From Eledone cirrhosa (lineage: Eukaryota), in the NCBI GenBank assembly GCA_964016885.1, contig OZ024748.1, positions 46,562,001 to 46,626,000 on the forward strand: a DNA stretch of 64,000 bases, read 5' to 3'. Shown in pieces: positions 62,986 to 64,000 of this stretch. The notes beneath the pieces are model-generated. The model was not told the DNA's origin. It worked only from the letters and a program-made list of their open reading frames with translations, and ran no database searches. Both the position numbers and the translations under genes were made by a program. How positions within the stretch are numbered: the first letter of the stretch is position 1; every line of letters starts with the position of its first letter.

Positions 62986-63039
62986 TCTGGAAAAGGGAAA
63001 CTATATTTATAAAACCATATTTATTCTATTATATATATT

Positions 63040-63100
63040 TATTCTATTATATATATTTCAAGGGTACCAACACTTTGGTACGCCCTCATCAGATAAAATA
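63040..63100 (-). ncRNA. Type I hammerhead ribozyme in a diverged relative of the 18587 family (fragment 62997-63188)
   Basis: Minus strand: TATTTTAT-CTGATGA-GGGCGTACCAA/TTGGTACCCTT-GAAA-TATATA-TA-ATAGAATA. Confidence 0.8.
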
Positions 63101-63185
63101 CAAAATTTGTTTTATAAGTATAGTGACATACCCAGGAATCATACCTTAACAGTTCAGGTTCCGTTTGGATTAAATATCACTTTGG

Positions 63186-63241
<56 letters not shown>

Positions 63242-63583
63242 CAAATAAGAAAAAGTTTCAAAATAAATTTCAAAAAATTCACTGTACTTACTATGGTTAC
63301 CTTTACCGTATCGGTTTCGAGTCTCAAAAATAAATGGATAGGCCTTGCGGGCTTCCATTCAAAAGATAAACTCTCGTCAGAAGGTTCTATTCACTCGGAG
63401 AATATCAAATTCCCGAGTTCAAATTACGAACTGGCGCTATTCAAAATTGTTCCCGAGATGAGAATGAATGATGTGGAAGCAATTCTGTCCAGTGCCGTGT
63501 GCAAAGATAGAAGGTAGAGGCAGGGAGGTCAATCTACTACCACTATAAAGAGCAGCAGTCAAAACGACCAATTTTCATCTCGA

Positions 63584-63701
<118 letters not shown>

Positions 63702-63819
63702 GATCAAAAACAGAGGATGAGAATGAGGGAGAAAAAGAGGAGGAAGGGTCTGAAGGGGAAGGGGGAGAAGAAAAAGAAAAGGAAGACTAAGGTTGCGATG
63801 GGATTCATCATGGTAATTG

Positions 63820-64000
63820 TAGTGACGATGTTTGTGCTGATAATGATGATGACGGTGAAGGTGGAGATGATATTGATGATGATGGTGATGGTGATGATGG
63901 GGGTAGTGGTGACGATGGTGGTGATGGTATTAGTGGTGATGGTGGTAGTGGTGATGGTGGTAGTGGTGATGGTGGTAGTGGTGACGATGGTGATAGTGGT
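63820..64000. repeat. (GGT/GAT)n degenerate repeat
   Basis: Direct reading. Confidence 0.9.

Noticed and set aside
63293-63517. 74-aa ORF between TA tracts
   Set aside because: No motif recognised; possibly a TE fragment but unassignable

Overview
Very AT-rich, microsatellite-saturated eukaryotic DNA, probably intronic or intergenic. The SINE types and (TA)n/(CA)n/(GA)n density resemble an octopod cephalopod genome (inference). No complete gene is visible, and almost all ORF-track entries are simple-repeat artefacts. Ordinary content: about 20 tRNA-derived SINE copies or fragments, RTE, CRE and Tx1-like LINE remnants, mariner-derived MITEs, a Helentron-like end, and 16, 68, 56 and 143 bp tandem arrays. 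The striking feature is about a dozen short elements from several unrelated sequence families. Most sit in (TA)n tracts, most are fold-back palindromes (arms 40 bp to 1.2 kb), and they carry type I hammerhead ribozyme (HHR) motifs near their 3' ends. One retains the C-terminus of a Penelope-like element (PLE) GIY-YIG endonuclease. In several copies the axis of symmetry lies on helix II or III of the ribozyme, or the inversion junction lies at its 5' edge. This suggests the ribozyme hairpins prime fold-back copying and repeatedly create MITE-like palindromes. A few low-confidence minus-strand exons are also noted.
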